From the human T2T-CHM13v2.0 reference genome, Homo sapiens, in NCBI RefSeq assembly GCF_009914755.1, contig NC_060933.1: a DNA stretch of 64,000 bases; one strand, written 5' to 3'. The notes beneath the pieces are model-generated. The model was given only the letters and a program-made list of their open reading frames with translations, ran no database searches and was not told the origin of the DNA. This document shows positions 38,000 through 62,770 of the stretch, one piece after another. The position numbers were made by a program, and so were the translations under genes. Each line of letters starts with the position of its first letter. Position 1 is the stretch's first letter.

Positions 38000-38354
38000 C
38001 ACTAGCAGAAACAGAAACAACAGCAGTGGGGAGCGAACGTTCTGAGAAATAGGGTCAACCACAAACAGCTCACTAGCACTCAAGCATCCTGTTACAAGCA
38101 CTCAACTCACAGTCCACCTGCACCCAGGCATCCTGTCTGCAAGCATTCAGCTCAAGCAGCACAACCTTAGAAAACTCCACCTCCAGCTCCTGCCTCTTTG
38201 CAGACAGTCTTCTTTCTGCTGTCTCACCCATTGCTCCCTTTCAATGTATCTCCCCCTTTTCTCTAAATAAATCTGCCTTTCTAAACTCAATGCTGTTTTG
38301 GTAAATTATTTTATTCCCCTGTGCACCAGCCTCAGACAGTTGTTAACCATGACA
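38000..38354 (+). mobile_element. LTR remnant (MER73/MER74-like, tentative)
   Basis: cctgcctctttgcagacag, ctaaataaatctgcctttct, ggtaaatt.tttta and terminal tgaca are LTR R/U5-like. Confidence 0.55.
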
Positions 38355-38459
38355 TATTTGGCACAATTTTCAATATGGGATATGTATATCGGTTCATTAT
38401 ATAAATTGTCCTACATTCGTACAATGAAATAATTTATAGCGATTACAAAGAATGCAGTG

Positions 38460-38815
38460 TGCTGATGCATGCTAAACATGGATGAACCTCGAAGACATCA
38501 TCCCCAGTGAATTAAGCCAGACAAAAAAGGACAAATAATTTATCATTCCGCTTATGTGAAACATCTAGACCAGGCAAATTTATAGAGACAGAAAGTAGAG
38601 TCGACGTTACCAAGGGCTGGGAGAGGGGAAATGGGGAGTAATTGCTTGATGGTTTCAGAGTTTCTGTTTGGGATAATGAAAAAGTTTTGGAAGTAGACAC
38701 AGGTGATGGCTATACAACATTGTGAATATAATTCATACCACTGAATTGAATACTTTAAAATGGTTAAAATGGCAAATTTTATGTTATGTATATTTTATCA
38801 CCATAAAAAAAAAGA
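38460..38815 (+). mobile_element. L1MB-like 3' end
   Basis: atggatgaacct.gaagacat...agagacagaaagtaga...aaaatggttaaaatggcaaattttatgttatgtatattttatcac + A tail. Confidence 0.85.
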
Positions 38816-38848
38816 AGAAGAAAATATAACAACAAAAACAATGCAGTA

Positions 38849-39879
<1,031 letters not shown>

Positions 39880-39998
39880 TCACGAGGGGTGGGCAGGCTC
39901 CCGTGATACCGTGTTCTCAGGGGGACAGCATGTGGTTTGGCAGCAAACAGGAGATGAGTTCTCTAAATCTGTGTTTCCTATCCAATGCTCCAGGCAGA

Positions 39999-40075
39999 GG
40001 ATAGGTTCAGAGGCTAGCTCATACCACAGGCCTATGGATAGGTTCAGAGGCTAGCTCATACACAGGCCTATGGAT
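39999..40075. repeat. 37/36-bp tandem duplication
   Basis: ggataggttcagaggctagctcatac(c)acaggcctat twice. Confidence 0.92.
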
Positions 40076-41175
40076 TATAGCTTTAAGCTAGCCTGGGAAT
40101 TAGTCCACATTTTTATGGTTGCAATGGGTCAATGAGCCTGGACACAAATATATATTTACTGAATGATCAAATGAAGAAAATAAAATGTATTTCAAACTCT
40201 TGATTTATGAACACATGTTGAAGCAACGTAAGTACACAGAGGACCTTTGCAGAGAAACCAAGAGAGCAAATATCTCCTCCCAACCAAGTTATGCTCCAAG
40301 CAGTTTTTATAGATCCACTTTGTAAAGTAGAAAATACAAAAGAAGCTTCACGACGCTATACCTTGTTCTAACTCTCAGCACAGTGGCAACCAGTATGGAA
40401 AACAGCCACCAGAAAACTTCTTGTATAAGCAGATGAGGCTGATTATGCAATATGGTCAGAAAGGGGTAGAGAGAGAGAGGGAAGGGGAGAGAGAGAGAGA
40501 GAAAGAGAGCAAGAGAATATCATGGTCATGAAATAAGGAAGTACGCCATCTGGTTTGGGTCCCACTGGTTCAAAGTGAAGATCCCAGCTGAACTGGGCTG
40601 GGCTTTGAAGAGAGCTGGTGGCTGGGTGAGGGCCTAACAGAGTCTAGCTGAGCAGGGTCTAAGGACTGTGGAAGAGAAAGAAGCTGAACAGCCATGAAGC
40701 CCCGGTCAGGGAAGGCTGGGGGATTTTGCACTCAGAGTGTGGGCTGCTGTGTGAATCCACCTCTGGGTCCTGTGGAGAGTGAGGAGATGAAAGGAGGGCG
40801 CTGTTTTGCTGAAAACTCAGTATGACTTCCAACAACCCTCCCACGGATGCCTCTCATGGGATGCACCACCAGGGAAAGAAGGCATGCTGTCCAACCTTGC
40901 CCAGACCACGTTAGCATGGGGACTCTTTAGACTCTGCTATGGTGGCAATGGCAGGCAGGAAGAGGCAGGGAGTGGCCATGCCCAGCAGGGGCAATGGACA
41001 CCAGTGGCCTTGTCAGCAGCATGGCCTGGCAGGGTCCCCATCTTTTTGTTCCCAGTCTGGCAAAGGCTGGTTCATGTCCCCCCATTGGTGCCTTGATCCC
41101 AAGCCTTGGCTCAGTCCCTACAGCTCCTGCGGGGGTCACAGAGAAAGGCATGGAGCCAGCAACTGAGGCTCCTTA

Positions 41176-41626
<451 letters not shown>

Positions 41627-42559
41627 CTAAGTGACCTGGAAGGAGTGGAGCCAGAGGTGCATGCATGCAGACGAAAGCCACAATGGGGCCTGGCCATCCA
41701 GGGGGAGCACAGAGTACCTGGCCACATTCCAGCTGAGAGTGGAAAGGAGTGACCTGCATCAAGTCAGATCCACAAAGAGCTGCTCCATCCATCAACTAGC
41801 ACCAGAAAAACTCCACCCCCGGGCCCAGGGAAAAGAAGAGGAATCTAGTCATTCATCCAGGGTCACAGGTGAAAAGAAAATCACCAGCAAAACAAATAAA
41901 ACAACAGTTTTGCATTAAGCAGGGTTGGAGTCCAAATTCACGGAAACTCAAAACTGAAAAATAATATGAAAATGAGTCTGGAGCTACTGAAACTCTTAGC
42001 ATCTCCTGAAGATGCTCATGTCACAGTGCTCTGAAGGGGCACACTCACAATCCACAGTGTATTGGACATCTATGGTAAATAGCTACTGGAGACAAGATGA
42101 TAATACACGTGACAAACCACACAAGAAAATGAACCACCATGCCTCACCTCCAGATTGGGGATATATTAGAATTGTATGTACAATATAACTCAAGCTACAT
42201 TAAAAGCATATGCATATACAGGAAAAAAATCTCAAAATGTGAATAATGGTTGGCCTGAAGTGGCAGGATGCAGGATTATGGATGAATTTTTAAAAATATG
42301 TTTCTTGATCAGGAATTGAATATAAATGCTCACAGGAGCCAGGTTGTTAACACTGAAGGAAGTGGGCAGGGTGGAGCTGGGAGATCCCATGCCATGGGAG
42401 TAGCCATTGCTCAGCTCCATCTGCCCCCACATGAGAGTGCAGGCATAGGGTGGCAATAACTTTCTAATTTCCTAACTATAAATTTTTATACAAATATGTC
42501 TCAGGTTTAAAATGCTGACTATTAATTCCATTTTTCTTATTACCTTATGAAGGCCACTT

Positions 42560-44150
<1,591 letters not shown>

Positions 44151-44233
44151 AAAAGTTAGTTGGGCAAAGGGTCAAGAGAAAGAGAACCATGGCTTAGATT
44201 AAGCTGAAACCTACCCCAGGCCATCCCTCAGGC

Positions 44234-44445
44234 CAAGCTTATCCAACCTGCAGCCTGTGGGCCGCATGTGGCCCAGCACAGCTTTGAATGTGGCACAACA
44301 CAAATTTGTAAACTTTCTTAAAACATCATGAGTTTTTTGGATATTTTTTTTTTCTTTAGCTCATCAGCTATTGTTAGTGTTAGTGTATTTTATGTGTGGC
44401 CCAAGACAATTCTTCCAGTGTGGCCTGGGGAAGACTAGACCCTCC
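44234..44445 (-). mobile_element. MER30-like hAT MITE
   Basis: caagctt.tccaacc.gc.gcc.g.gggccgcatg.ggcccag...gtgtattttatgtgtggcccaagacaattcttc. Confidence 0.78.
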
Positions 44446-45164
44446 ACATGGGTCCTAATTCTTGGGGGCCCTCAAACCATATCTGCTCAGGCATTTGCAG
44501 ACAGGGAGCCTGATCTTCAGGCCTCCCCACAACCCTTCCAACGTGACAGCTTTCACTTTCTAAATCCTTTGGTACTGTCTATCTCCTAGCCCAGAGTTCT
44601 GCTTGTGAAGACATGAGAGACACTATTAAGCTGGGACCACAGGTGTGAACTACAAACGTCTTCAGGGTACTGGCAAACTGTCATGAAGACAACTGACAGA
44701 GAATGGACTTTAGGCAAATGTGGGAGCCAATTCTGTGGCCTGGCCTGGTCACAGGAGAAACTGGGTGCCAGCTTCTCCCATGGTCACAGCCACTCCTCCT
44801 CTTGTGTGAATCAGTCAGGGGTTCCTTTTTTTTTTTTTTTTTTGATAGGGTTTTGCTCTGTTGCCCAGGCTGGAGCACAGTGACGTGATCCTAGGTCACT
44901 GCAGTCTCAAGCTTCAGGGCTCAAGCGATCTTCCCACCCCAGCCTCTGAAACAGCTGGGACTGCAGGCGTGCACCACCATACCTGGCTATTTTATTTTAT
45001 TTATTTTTAGTAGAGATGGGAGTCTCACTATCTTGCCTAGGCTGGTCTCGAACTCCTGGGCTCAAGTGATCCTCCAGCCTTGGCCTCCCAAAGTGCAGAG
45101 CAGGGGTTCTTCCAGCTCTCAGTGGGGCAGGCCCCAGGAGGGCCTCCCACCCCAGCCCTCACTG

Positions 45165-45272
45165 CGAGGAGGGAGCAACAGAGGATGAAGGGGAGGAGGG
45201 AGCAACAGAGGATGAAAGGGGGAGGGAGCAACAGGATGAAAGGGGGAGGGAGCAACGGAGGATGCAAGGGGA
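45165..45272. repeat. About 25-28 bp purine-rich minisatellite, about 4 units
   Basis: ggagggagcaaca(ga)ggatgaa(a)gggg repeated. Confidence 0.88.
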
Positions 45273-45834
45273 AATGACCAGCCCCTGAGGCCCTAAAAAC
45301 ACAACAACTTTGTCATGTCAAAATGGTTACTTAGAATAACATCAGCCTCAAGTTCCCATTCAAAATCCACAGAGAATCCATTCAAACATCATTATGAAAG
45401 GAGAGTGAAGAAAGTACCTATTTGTGGAACAGATCTTACCCTACTTGCTTTCTTTCAGCATGGCAGTGGAATTAAAGAGATATCTGCATATTCCTTAAGC
45501 TGTGTTTTGCTTTGTTTAAGGCAATTTGGGATAATGGGCTAATTCCTCCAAGAGACTGGCAGATGACACTAAGGAACCAGAGATTTGCCACAAAGCAAAG
45601 GAAACCGGAGCTCAGGGCCCCTCACTTGCAGAGCCCCTTCATGGTCTTGCACCTAATTTTGTCTGTAATTTTGTGTTCTTTTTCTAAAGAACCCTGAATT
45701 ATAGAAGCTCCAGGCCCCACCATCTGCCCCTTCGCAGTTGGTTTTTATTTTCATTGGCTCCATATTGGGGGTCCCTTTTGTCTGGGGGGAAATGTGGGTC
45801 TTTCCATGGGTATGAGGAAGAAATGTCCACTTGC

Positions 45835-45930
45835 CTTGAGCTTCTCGGTGGCATCTTCTATCTGGGTTATGTTGTCAATGTGCTGCTGCTTCTTGATTGC
45901 CAGCTGCTTTAAACATTCTTGGCTGAGTTT
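45835..45930 (-). CDS. TRIM14: TRIM14 exon 2 (coiled coil), 96 nt
   Basis: CAG acceptor at 45933-45931, [32 protein letters not shown], non-canonical AAG|GCAAGT donor; 96-nt phase-0 exon typical of TRIM genes. Confidence 0.93.
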
Positions 45931-46668
45931 CTGTACAGGAGGGAGTTAGGAAAAAAGTCGTAATACTGTCACTTTCCAAATAACAGGCCCCCCACAGGGG
46001 TCACCTCCTCTTACCCTTGTATTCTTTTCCAATGGAGGCATCTGAAGGTGAGGTAACTTGCCCAAAGTCATATGGCAAGTTGGTGGATGAGCTGGGACTA
46101 GGACATCTCTGATCCTCGGAGGTCCACATCAGGTATGCCTCTAATCTTGATTTGCACCCCTTCCTCACACTTTACTTTATCTAGGACAAGTCTTGCCTGT
46201 GACTTGCTTTTCCAGCCTTTCAAGTGGGACTTTAAGGCAAACAGCTTGGGGTCTGGGAAAGAACATCTACTTATGGAGTATTAACTGAGCACCTATTATG
46301 TGCTGGGCCCTGTTCCAGGTGCTGCCCTCATGAAACATACATTCCAGGGAGTCTGTGACCCTCTGGCCCTGGACTACGTGAGAGGTCAGTGGGGTTCATG
46401 CTTCCTGCTCTTCCCACCTTCCATATCTCTGCTTTTTGAAATTGCTTTTTTCCCCAAAGTCTGCTCTGCACTCTCCTTCCCCAAGGGTGTGATCTCGTCT
46501 CCATCTTAGCCTTTCTTACAGCTGGCCTTACACTCAGCTGCTGGGCCCAGATCTGGCTGCCCCATTGACTAGGAGCTTCTTGAGGGCAGGCTCGCTTCGT
46601 TCTCACTCCCCACAGGGAGCAGGGTGTGACCAGAAGTGTTTGCTGAATTGAACAGAATTATCAGGGGC

Positions 46669-47014
46669 TGGTCAGGCATGGTGGCTCATGTCTGTAATCC
46701 CAACACTTTGGGAGGCTGAGGTAGGAGGATCACTTGAGCCCAAGGAGTTCGAGACCAGCCTGGGCAACATAGTGAGACTCTGCCTCTACCACAAAAAATA
46801 AAATAAAATAAAATAAAATAAAATAAAATAAAATAAAATAAAATTAGCTGGGCATGGTGGCATGCACCTGTAGTCCTAACTACTTGGGAGGCTGAGGTCA
46901 GGGGCGGGTCACCTAAGCCCAGGAGGTTGCAGTGAGCCATGATCATGCCACTATGCCACTGCACTCCAGCCTGGGCAACAGAGTGAGACCCTGTCCCCCC
47001 CCCCCAAAAAAAAA
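46669..47014 (+). mobile_element. AluJ-like with (AAAAT)n microsatellite in the linker
   Basis: About 9 AAAAT units at 46797-46843. Confidence 0.9.
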
Positions 47015-47210
47015 CAATTATCAGGTGCTGCTAGCTTCTTTCCCAACCAGCCAGAGAACTCTTCCAGGTCAGGGAAGGATCTGATCTGTTCTTTGACTCA
47101 TGGCCCAAAATATATGCTGAATAGATGTTTGGTGAATGATGGATGGATGAATGAATAATGGGTGAATGGATAGGAAAGTGGGTATGTGGATGCAAAATGA
47201 ATATTCATAG

Positions 47211-53751
<6,541 letters not shown>

Positions 53752-54928
53752 GTAGGTAGTGGGTAGGGGGATGGACAAATGGATGGGTGAGACTCTTGAG
53801 CCAGATCTGTGGAAAGCAGCCTTGTTAATTCTGAATAACAGTTTTTCAAGGAGCCATTATTATAATTACAGCCATTTCATACGTTAAAAAAAGGAAGGGT
53901 CTGGTGGCAGGGACAGGTCTTGAGCCCACGACTCCACTGGATTGTCCCCCATGATCCCCTTTTCACCTTGGAGTTCCAAGGTTGTCACAGTGTGGTGGTC
54001 TGGAGTCATGCAGTACCGGAGAAAGGCTCACGATGGGGCTGAATTCATCACAGAAGACTTCTTGGAGACAAGTGGTAGGATCAACAGCTGTCAGACATGA
54101 GGGCCTACCTCACCCAGGCTTCATGAAACCCAGAGAGAGAGAAGGATTTGAGAGAAGCCACAGAAAAAGTCAGCTGGGAAGCTGGAGCAGGAGCCCAGAG
54201 CCCCTGGGGCACTGTTAGGATTATGCATGGGTAAGGGTTCCACGGTGACAATGGCCCTGTTGGGGGCATCTGGCTAATGGAGTCCTGGGTTCAAGGCCTG
54301 CCCCTGCCTCCAGAGCCTTCCTCTTGTGGCCTATAAAATGGCTGTAATAATAATGGCTCACCCAGGGCTGCTATGAGCAGGAATGGGAGTGTCTGTGTGG
54401 CCGGGGAGGGGAGAGGAGGTAGGTAGTGACAGCTGAGGCTGCTCCCAGGGCAGTCAGGCCGTCCTCAGCTCAAAGTTCACAGGCCCTTTCTGTGGACTGC
54501 AGATTAAGTAAACCTGAGATGTCTGTGTGGCTTTCTGAGCTACACAGGGCTGTTTATTAAGAGGGAGAGTTTGTACCTCTGTTAACTAAAAGGCAGACTG
54601 TCTTCCAGCCCAATGGCAGTGTGGCGGATCGGCCATGGTGGACACGGTCAAGGACATCTGGGTACCAGCCTGGGCTCCCAACCTCTCACTCCTAAACCCA
54701 CCTTTTCTGAAGCTCAACTGATGGCTTTGGCTCGCCTTTGCCCTTCCTTGGGTCTCAGGCTCCCGCTCTGAACTTTCGGTCGACCGCTTAGACGCCCTCT
54801 GGGGCACCTTTGGTTTCCAGGTTGTAACCCGCCACTGGCCACGGCCAGGCACGCCCCCTCCTCGGCCGTTATGCCTGGGCTGGCTCCCCCAACTCCCGCG
54901 CGGCGAACCCCGTCCCCATCGTCCCCAC

Positions 54929-55135
54929 CTGCACGTGCACCGCTGCCTCCAGCGCCAGGCCCACAGGGTGGCCACGGTGCGCGCCCAGCACCGGGCAAAG
55001 CGCGCACACGCAGCGGCGGCAGCGGCGACAGAAGAGCTCAGCCACGCGGTCGCCATGCTCCGGGCAGCGCCAGCCGCATCCCTCGACAAGCTCCGACCTC
55101 CCAGGGGTCCGGCTCCCGGTCGCCGCGCCCGCCAT
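54929..55135 (-). CDS. TRIM14: TRIM14 coding exon 1 (B-box 2 zinc finger), 207 nt
   Basis: [69 protein letters not shown]; CxxH..CxxC..CxxC..HxxH pattern; GTGGGG donor. Confidence 0.97.
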
Positions 55136-55183
55136 TCATCTCCACCTCCTCCGGCTCCCCGGGACACAGGGCGGGGCTCCCAA

Positions 55184-55196
55184 GGGAAACCGAAAC
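55184..55196 (+). promoter_or_regulatory. TRIM14: ISRE / IRF element of the TRIM14 promoter
   Basis: GGGAAACCGAAAC fits GAAANNGAAA consensus, about 50 bp upstream of the ATG, between GC boxes; TRIM14 is a known interferon-stimulated gene. Confidence 0.88.
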
Positions 55197-55397
55197 CTCG
55201 GCCGTGGGCGGGGCGGCTCCAGGCCGGCCGGCCGACCCCTAGGAGGATGACAGCCCGCCGGGAGCAGCGTCGGGCCTCGGAGCATCCTCCGACCAGCAGG
55301 GTGCTCCCTCTGCCCGCCCAGGCCGGGAGGTGGTCCCACCAGAAATGGGAAGCTCCTAATGAGCCAGCTAGGAGAGGGTGGGCTTCCTGCTTAATGA

Positions 55398-56485
<1,088 letters not shown>

Positions 56486-56942
56486 CACACACCACCACCC
56501 CAAATTCCAGTTGCCCCCCCAGGCTCAAGTCTAGACTTCCACTTATAAAGCCCTCAGCTCTTTCTTAAGATCCTTGGTCTCCGCCCTGCCTATGCTCCAC
56601 CCTGTGCTTTTTCAAGACTGGGGGACGTGCAGTTTACCCTGCTTGGAACATTCTTCTTCCCAAATGCCCTTTGCCCTGAGTATTCCAACTTACTCTGCAG
56701 GTTTCTACCTTACTATCTTTTCCTCCAGGAAGCCTTCCCTCCTTCTCCTTCCAGAACAGCCTATGCTTTCCCTATCCTGGCCCTCCCCATTCCCGCAGCC
56801 ATGACTGAAAACTGGAGAGGGCAAAGACTGTCTGTTCTGCCTGTTTTCCAGCTTGGTGTCTGACTCCAAGAGTAGATAGTTAATTGGTATTTGTGGAACA
56901 AATCAAGAAAAGGAAAGCTCCTTGTAGTAAAATGGCCAGATG

Positions 56943-56948
56943 TTTATT
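56943..56948 (-). terminator. CORO2A: CORO2A polyadenylation signal AATAAA
   Basis: tttatt on plus strand, followed on the minus strand by a U-rich tract (56881-56920). Confidence 0.72.
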
Positions 56949-59421
56949 ATTTTGTTACATTATTTCCATTGCATATTCCACATCTATTTATTTTCACTTT
57001 TATTTATTATCATTATTTTTCACAAAGGTACAAGGAATTTCAGAAACAACATTAAAACAATCATTCAAACTGTTTCAGGCACGGTTTCAATTAAAAGCAT
57101 AGATTTGATTTCTGACTTCCTGTTTCCTTCTATGATACAATCTCAAGTTTTGTTTCAGGAAGCACAATTATTGTAGCGTTAAGGTGGATACCTGCCAAAG
57201 CTCATCTCCTAGTGCTGTCCTCATTCTCAGAAAGTTCCTGAGTCAACAGAAAGGGGACGCCCAGGGTATGGAATAAGGAGATGAGAGCATGCTCTGCCAA
57301 CTGGCTGGGACCTGAATGTGCTAGGCAAGTTCCACTACATCAGCTCAAGAACATAAACAAAAATGTAATTTAAAAAACAGATGGTTTAAAAAAATATCTG
57401 ATAAAAATTACCTATCCCTCTCCCTTGCTGTGAAATAATTTAAATAATTTATTCTAGATGTAAAAATAATAATACAAAAAAGTTTGTTCAAAGACACCTG
57501 TGTCCTGTTTGTTAAGTGTGCAGTCTGGGTCCCTTGGGGTGGAGGGAGCTGGCCAAGGAATGGCATTGTGCAGAGGCATACCGGGAAGCTCTCTGGATGC
57601 AACCCCACCTCTACCGCTTGGCAGTCAATGACCTTGGCATGATGTTTCTTCACTTCTCTGAGGCTAGGTCTTTGATTCTGAACATGGGGACTGTAATGCC
57701 TGCCTGACCTGTGTTAGAACAGCATGTGTCACTGAGTGGAGGTGGGAGGAATTTGTAAACTGTGAAGTGCTAGCCACACAGGTGGGAAAGGTAAGCCTAT
57801 CCTGTAGAGCTCTGCTGCCCTGACAATGCCTGGGATTTGGCCTTCTTTTCTGGAGCACACTAAGGCAATCTTGGCTAGTGCATCAGACGGGAGTGAGCCC
57901 CAGTGACTGAGTAAATGGAGAATAAGACAAGGAACACGAGCATCCGGCCTGTGCAGACATACAAGCAGAATAAACCACAGCTGGGTAAGGGGCAAACAGG
58001 GGCACTGAACCCCCATCGTGCTGCAGCTGCGGTTCCCAGAGATGTTGAGGGAGGGCTTGGGGCAACACTTCTGGACTTTTAAGGAGCCACCAGGCAGGAC
58101 TTAAGAGATCTGGGTTGAGTCCCAGCTCCTGTCTGGAGCTTGCTGTCCTCTTCATCTTTATTGCAAATAGGTACACATGCAGTCTTCCATCTTCACTGTA
58201 CTGCAGATCACCTGTGGAGCTTATATGACCATACAGGCCCTACTCTGGAGATTCAGCTTCAGTTGGTCTGGAATGTGGCATGGGCATCTGTATTTCCTGC
58301 ACGCTCCCAAGGGAATTCTAATGTACACAGCTTGGGTTGAAACCTACCAGACTAGGTGGCCTCCTGCAGTCCCCACCTCAGCTCCAGAATCTAATCGCCC
58401 TGTGCAATGGAGATCATCTGCCCCTCCTTGGTAAGGAGGGACCAATTTCACTTCTAATCATTCCCAGTCTCTTGGTGGACTATTGTATTGACCACTGAAC
58501 TTTAGAGTAGGGCTCGGAACACAGATTCACTAAGGAGGGACAAAGAAAAGCTTTCAGGCTAAAAGGGAACTTTGGGACCATCTGGTACTACTTCTTTACC
58601 TCGTATAGTCATTTCAGAAGACCTCCTGGTTAGGTGGCCAGAGGCTCTGCTGGCATGTCTCCAGTGATGGGGGCCCCCTACCTCCTGGGGGACTCTTCTG
58701 TTAACTAGGGCTGAAATCTGCCCACATCATCCTGCAGGAGGCAGGCTGTGTACCTGAGGGCCTTGGTGGTGGCAGTCAGCAGTCATGGGCACAGTTCTGA
58801 AGTCTGCGTCCCTCCATAAGGGACAGCATCTATCCATATCAGGCTGATTCTGGTTGGAAAGGTTGGTTTTGACCACCTGCCTGTGTTGTAGAATTGGGTT
58901 GAATGCCTCTGACCCCTTGCCAGTGTCCGTTAGTTTCTGTAGCAAACCCAGATCACCCCACAGGTAGTTTTCTCTTAGGTCAAGGTTTCAGGTGGCAGAT
59001 CCTGCAGAGAGCAGCTTGTTCCAGGGTACCCCTGGTTCAGATGAAGAAACTGAGACCAGAGAGGGCAGGACTTGCAAGAGGTCACTGAGTAAGCTGGGGC
59101 ACAGCTGAGGCCAGAAGCAACAGATTTCTACTCTTTGGGCTGAGAACTGCATCAGACCCAAAAGAGCAAAAAGACAGACCCAGAAAAGCAGGATCTCAGC
59201 CCAGCCCTGCCATGAAACAAATATCACTTGCCTCTCTCTAGGCCTTAGTTTCCCCAGCTGTAAAATGAGGAACTTGGGTCAAATCACTAGCTTTCAAACT
59301 TCTAAAAAAATTTTTTTTTCCTAGCAGAATTGTTTTTCATACTAGCCCAACATATAAAATAGAAGGGAGCTGTCTGGTTGGAATACAGTGTGGGGAAGGG
59401 AGACACAGCCTTCCTGCTTAG

Positions 59422-60351
<930 letters not shown>

Positions 60352-60720
60352 CAGTCTTCCCCTATTCTCTGGACCACAGTTTGAAAATCACAGACAGGTC
60401 AACCTAGATCCTTCCAGCTCTAGTTTTCTACTGTGTTCTTTCCTCTTGAGAAGTTACAGCTCATCATGGGCCCTTAATAACAGAATTCAACAGAAGGCAT
60501 CATCTGAAAACAAAGTCAATTCAGAAACTGTTGTTGCAAGAAGGCAAACAGAAAAACGGCACCATGTCCCACTGGAATCTCTTTCAGCGATGGAGAGTTT
60601 TGTTTTCTGGTAAAAAATATAGAAATAGTGGTTGTCCTTGAGGGGACTTGTGGTTTGGTTCTAAACCTCCCCATGGAGCCGAGTGGTGTCCCTGAGGGTG
60701 AGGAGGGCAGAGGTCTCTGC

Positions 60721-60852
60721 TCAGAGCTGCTCTGAGCCCATCCGCAAGTTTTTGATCTCCAGTTCCAACTGTTTGGCCTGGACCTCTCGCTGGGTCAACA
60801 GCTCCCGGAGCCTTCGGATCTCCTCCTGTTGCCGGTAGAACATCTGCAGCAA
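60721..60852 (-). CDS. CORO2A: CORO2A last coding exon (C-terminal coiled coil)
   Basis: CAG acceptor after pyrimidine tract, LLQMFYRQQEEIRRLRELLTQREVQAKQLELEIKNLRMGSEQL-TGA; absent from ORF track because it is short. Confidence 0.94.
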   Translation of the reverse strand: MLQMFYRQQEEIRRLRELLTQREVQAKQLELEIKNLRMGSEQL

Positions 60853-61566
60853 CTGGGGAAGAAAGATCGGAAGGCAGGATCACCATGGTGTCAGGACACC
60901 AGCTGAAAGCTAAACCACTATCCCTCTTTGACTCAGAAAGGTGGAGGCGGTCACATTAACATGGCTGAGGCCTGATGGGGCTGTCACTGCATAGATCTTT
61001 TACAAACACCTTGTTTACTTCACCCAATAAATGAAATTCAAGAAGACTGGAATGTTTCAGATGTATTTTGCTTCCATAGATCCTCCATGAAATAGAGGAA
61101 AGGATGCCTGGCTCTGAAGTCTGGGGATTGGTGTTTTCGCCACCACTGAACTGTGTGACCTTGGGCAAGTTACTTACCCACTCTGAGCTTCCATTCCTTC
61201 CTCTGGAAAATGGGGTCAGAAAACTGCCCTCTGTGCAGAATGGGTGTTAGATATTGAGTGATGCCCTAAGGGCCTCGTTATCCCACTGGAACGTTGTGAC
61301 ACCCCTATAAGGGTGGCAGTGCTAGTGTCCCCACCGTACCACCGTGGAAACGGAAGCTTAGAGACATTCAGTCTCTGGGTCTAAGACCCTAAATTAGTAC
61401 TCAGCAGAGCCAGGATCAGAATCCATCTGTGAGATGCCAGCCTCTGTGTTCTTAGCCACTACAGACTGACTTCCAGGGCTGTTGAGAGAATTCAATCACG
61501 TGCTGTATCAAAGTGCCTACCCCAGGATCTGCCACACAGTAGGCACTAAACAAATGTGGACTTTGA

Positions 61567-62280
<714 letters not shown>

Positions 62281-62495
62281 TCCCACCATCTTTATGTATG
62301 CCCATCATTTTGGCATAAGATGGAGCTCACTGCCTGTTTGTTGAATGAATTAACAAAATGAGTCAAGTGACTAGGCCAGGCCACACAGCTGGTTATTCTT
62401 CTCATGCCTCATTTTCTCCCTTCTTCTCAGCCTGGATCTGTTCCCCTCCACCCCAGCTGCCCCATGTGAAAGGCCCACCCCGTCCTCCTTCACAC

Positions 62496-62770
62496 CTCAT
62501 TCTCTGTCTTTGGTGGGGGGCATTCGAAAACGTCAAAGCCATTTGTCAGCCAGGTTTTCTTCTCCTCCAGCCTGTGTTCTGCTGCCCACCTTGGCATCTT
62601 CTCCTCCAACAGGGAGGAAGACCTCCAGCCATCTTCTGCAGCCAGCTTTTCTGTCTGATTCAAGAGCCGGGGTGAGGCTGGGGCCATGGAATTGAAGATA
62701 GGTCTCTCTGCAGGCAGTGGGTGGGGTCTCAGCAGCTCAGAGCCAGGCCTAAGGGACACCAGGATTGGGT
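62496..62770 (-). CDS. CORO2A: CORO2A (coronin 2A) penultimate coding exon, 275 nt
   Basis: CAG acceptor, (D)PILVSLRPGSELLRPHP...EKKTWLTNGFDVFECPPPKTENE, GTGTGA donor; coronin PILxSL motif. Confidence 0.92.

Larger units (their letters stand above)
54760..55340. promoter_or_regulatory. TRIM14: TRIM14 promoter / exon 1 CpG island
   Basis: High GC and CpG density; GC boxes GGGCGGGG at 55169-55176 and about 55206-55216. Confidence 0.9.
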
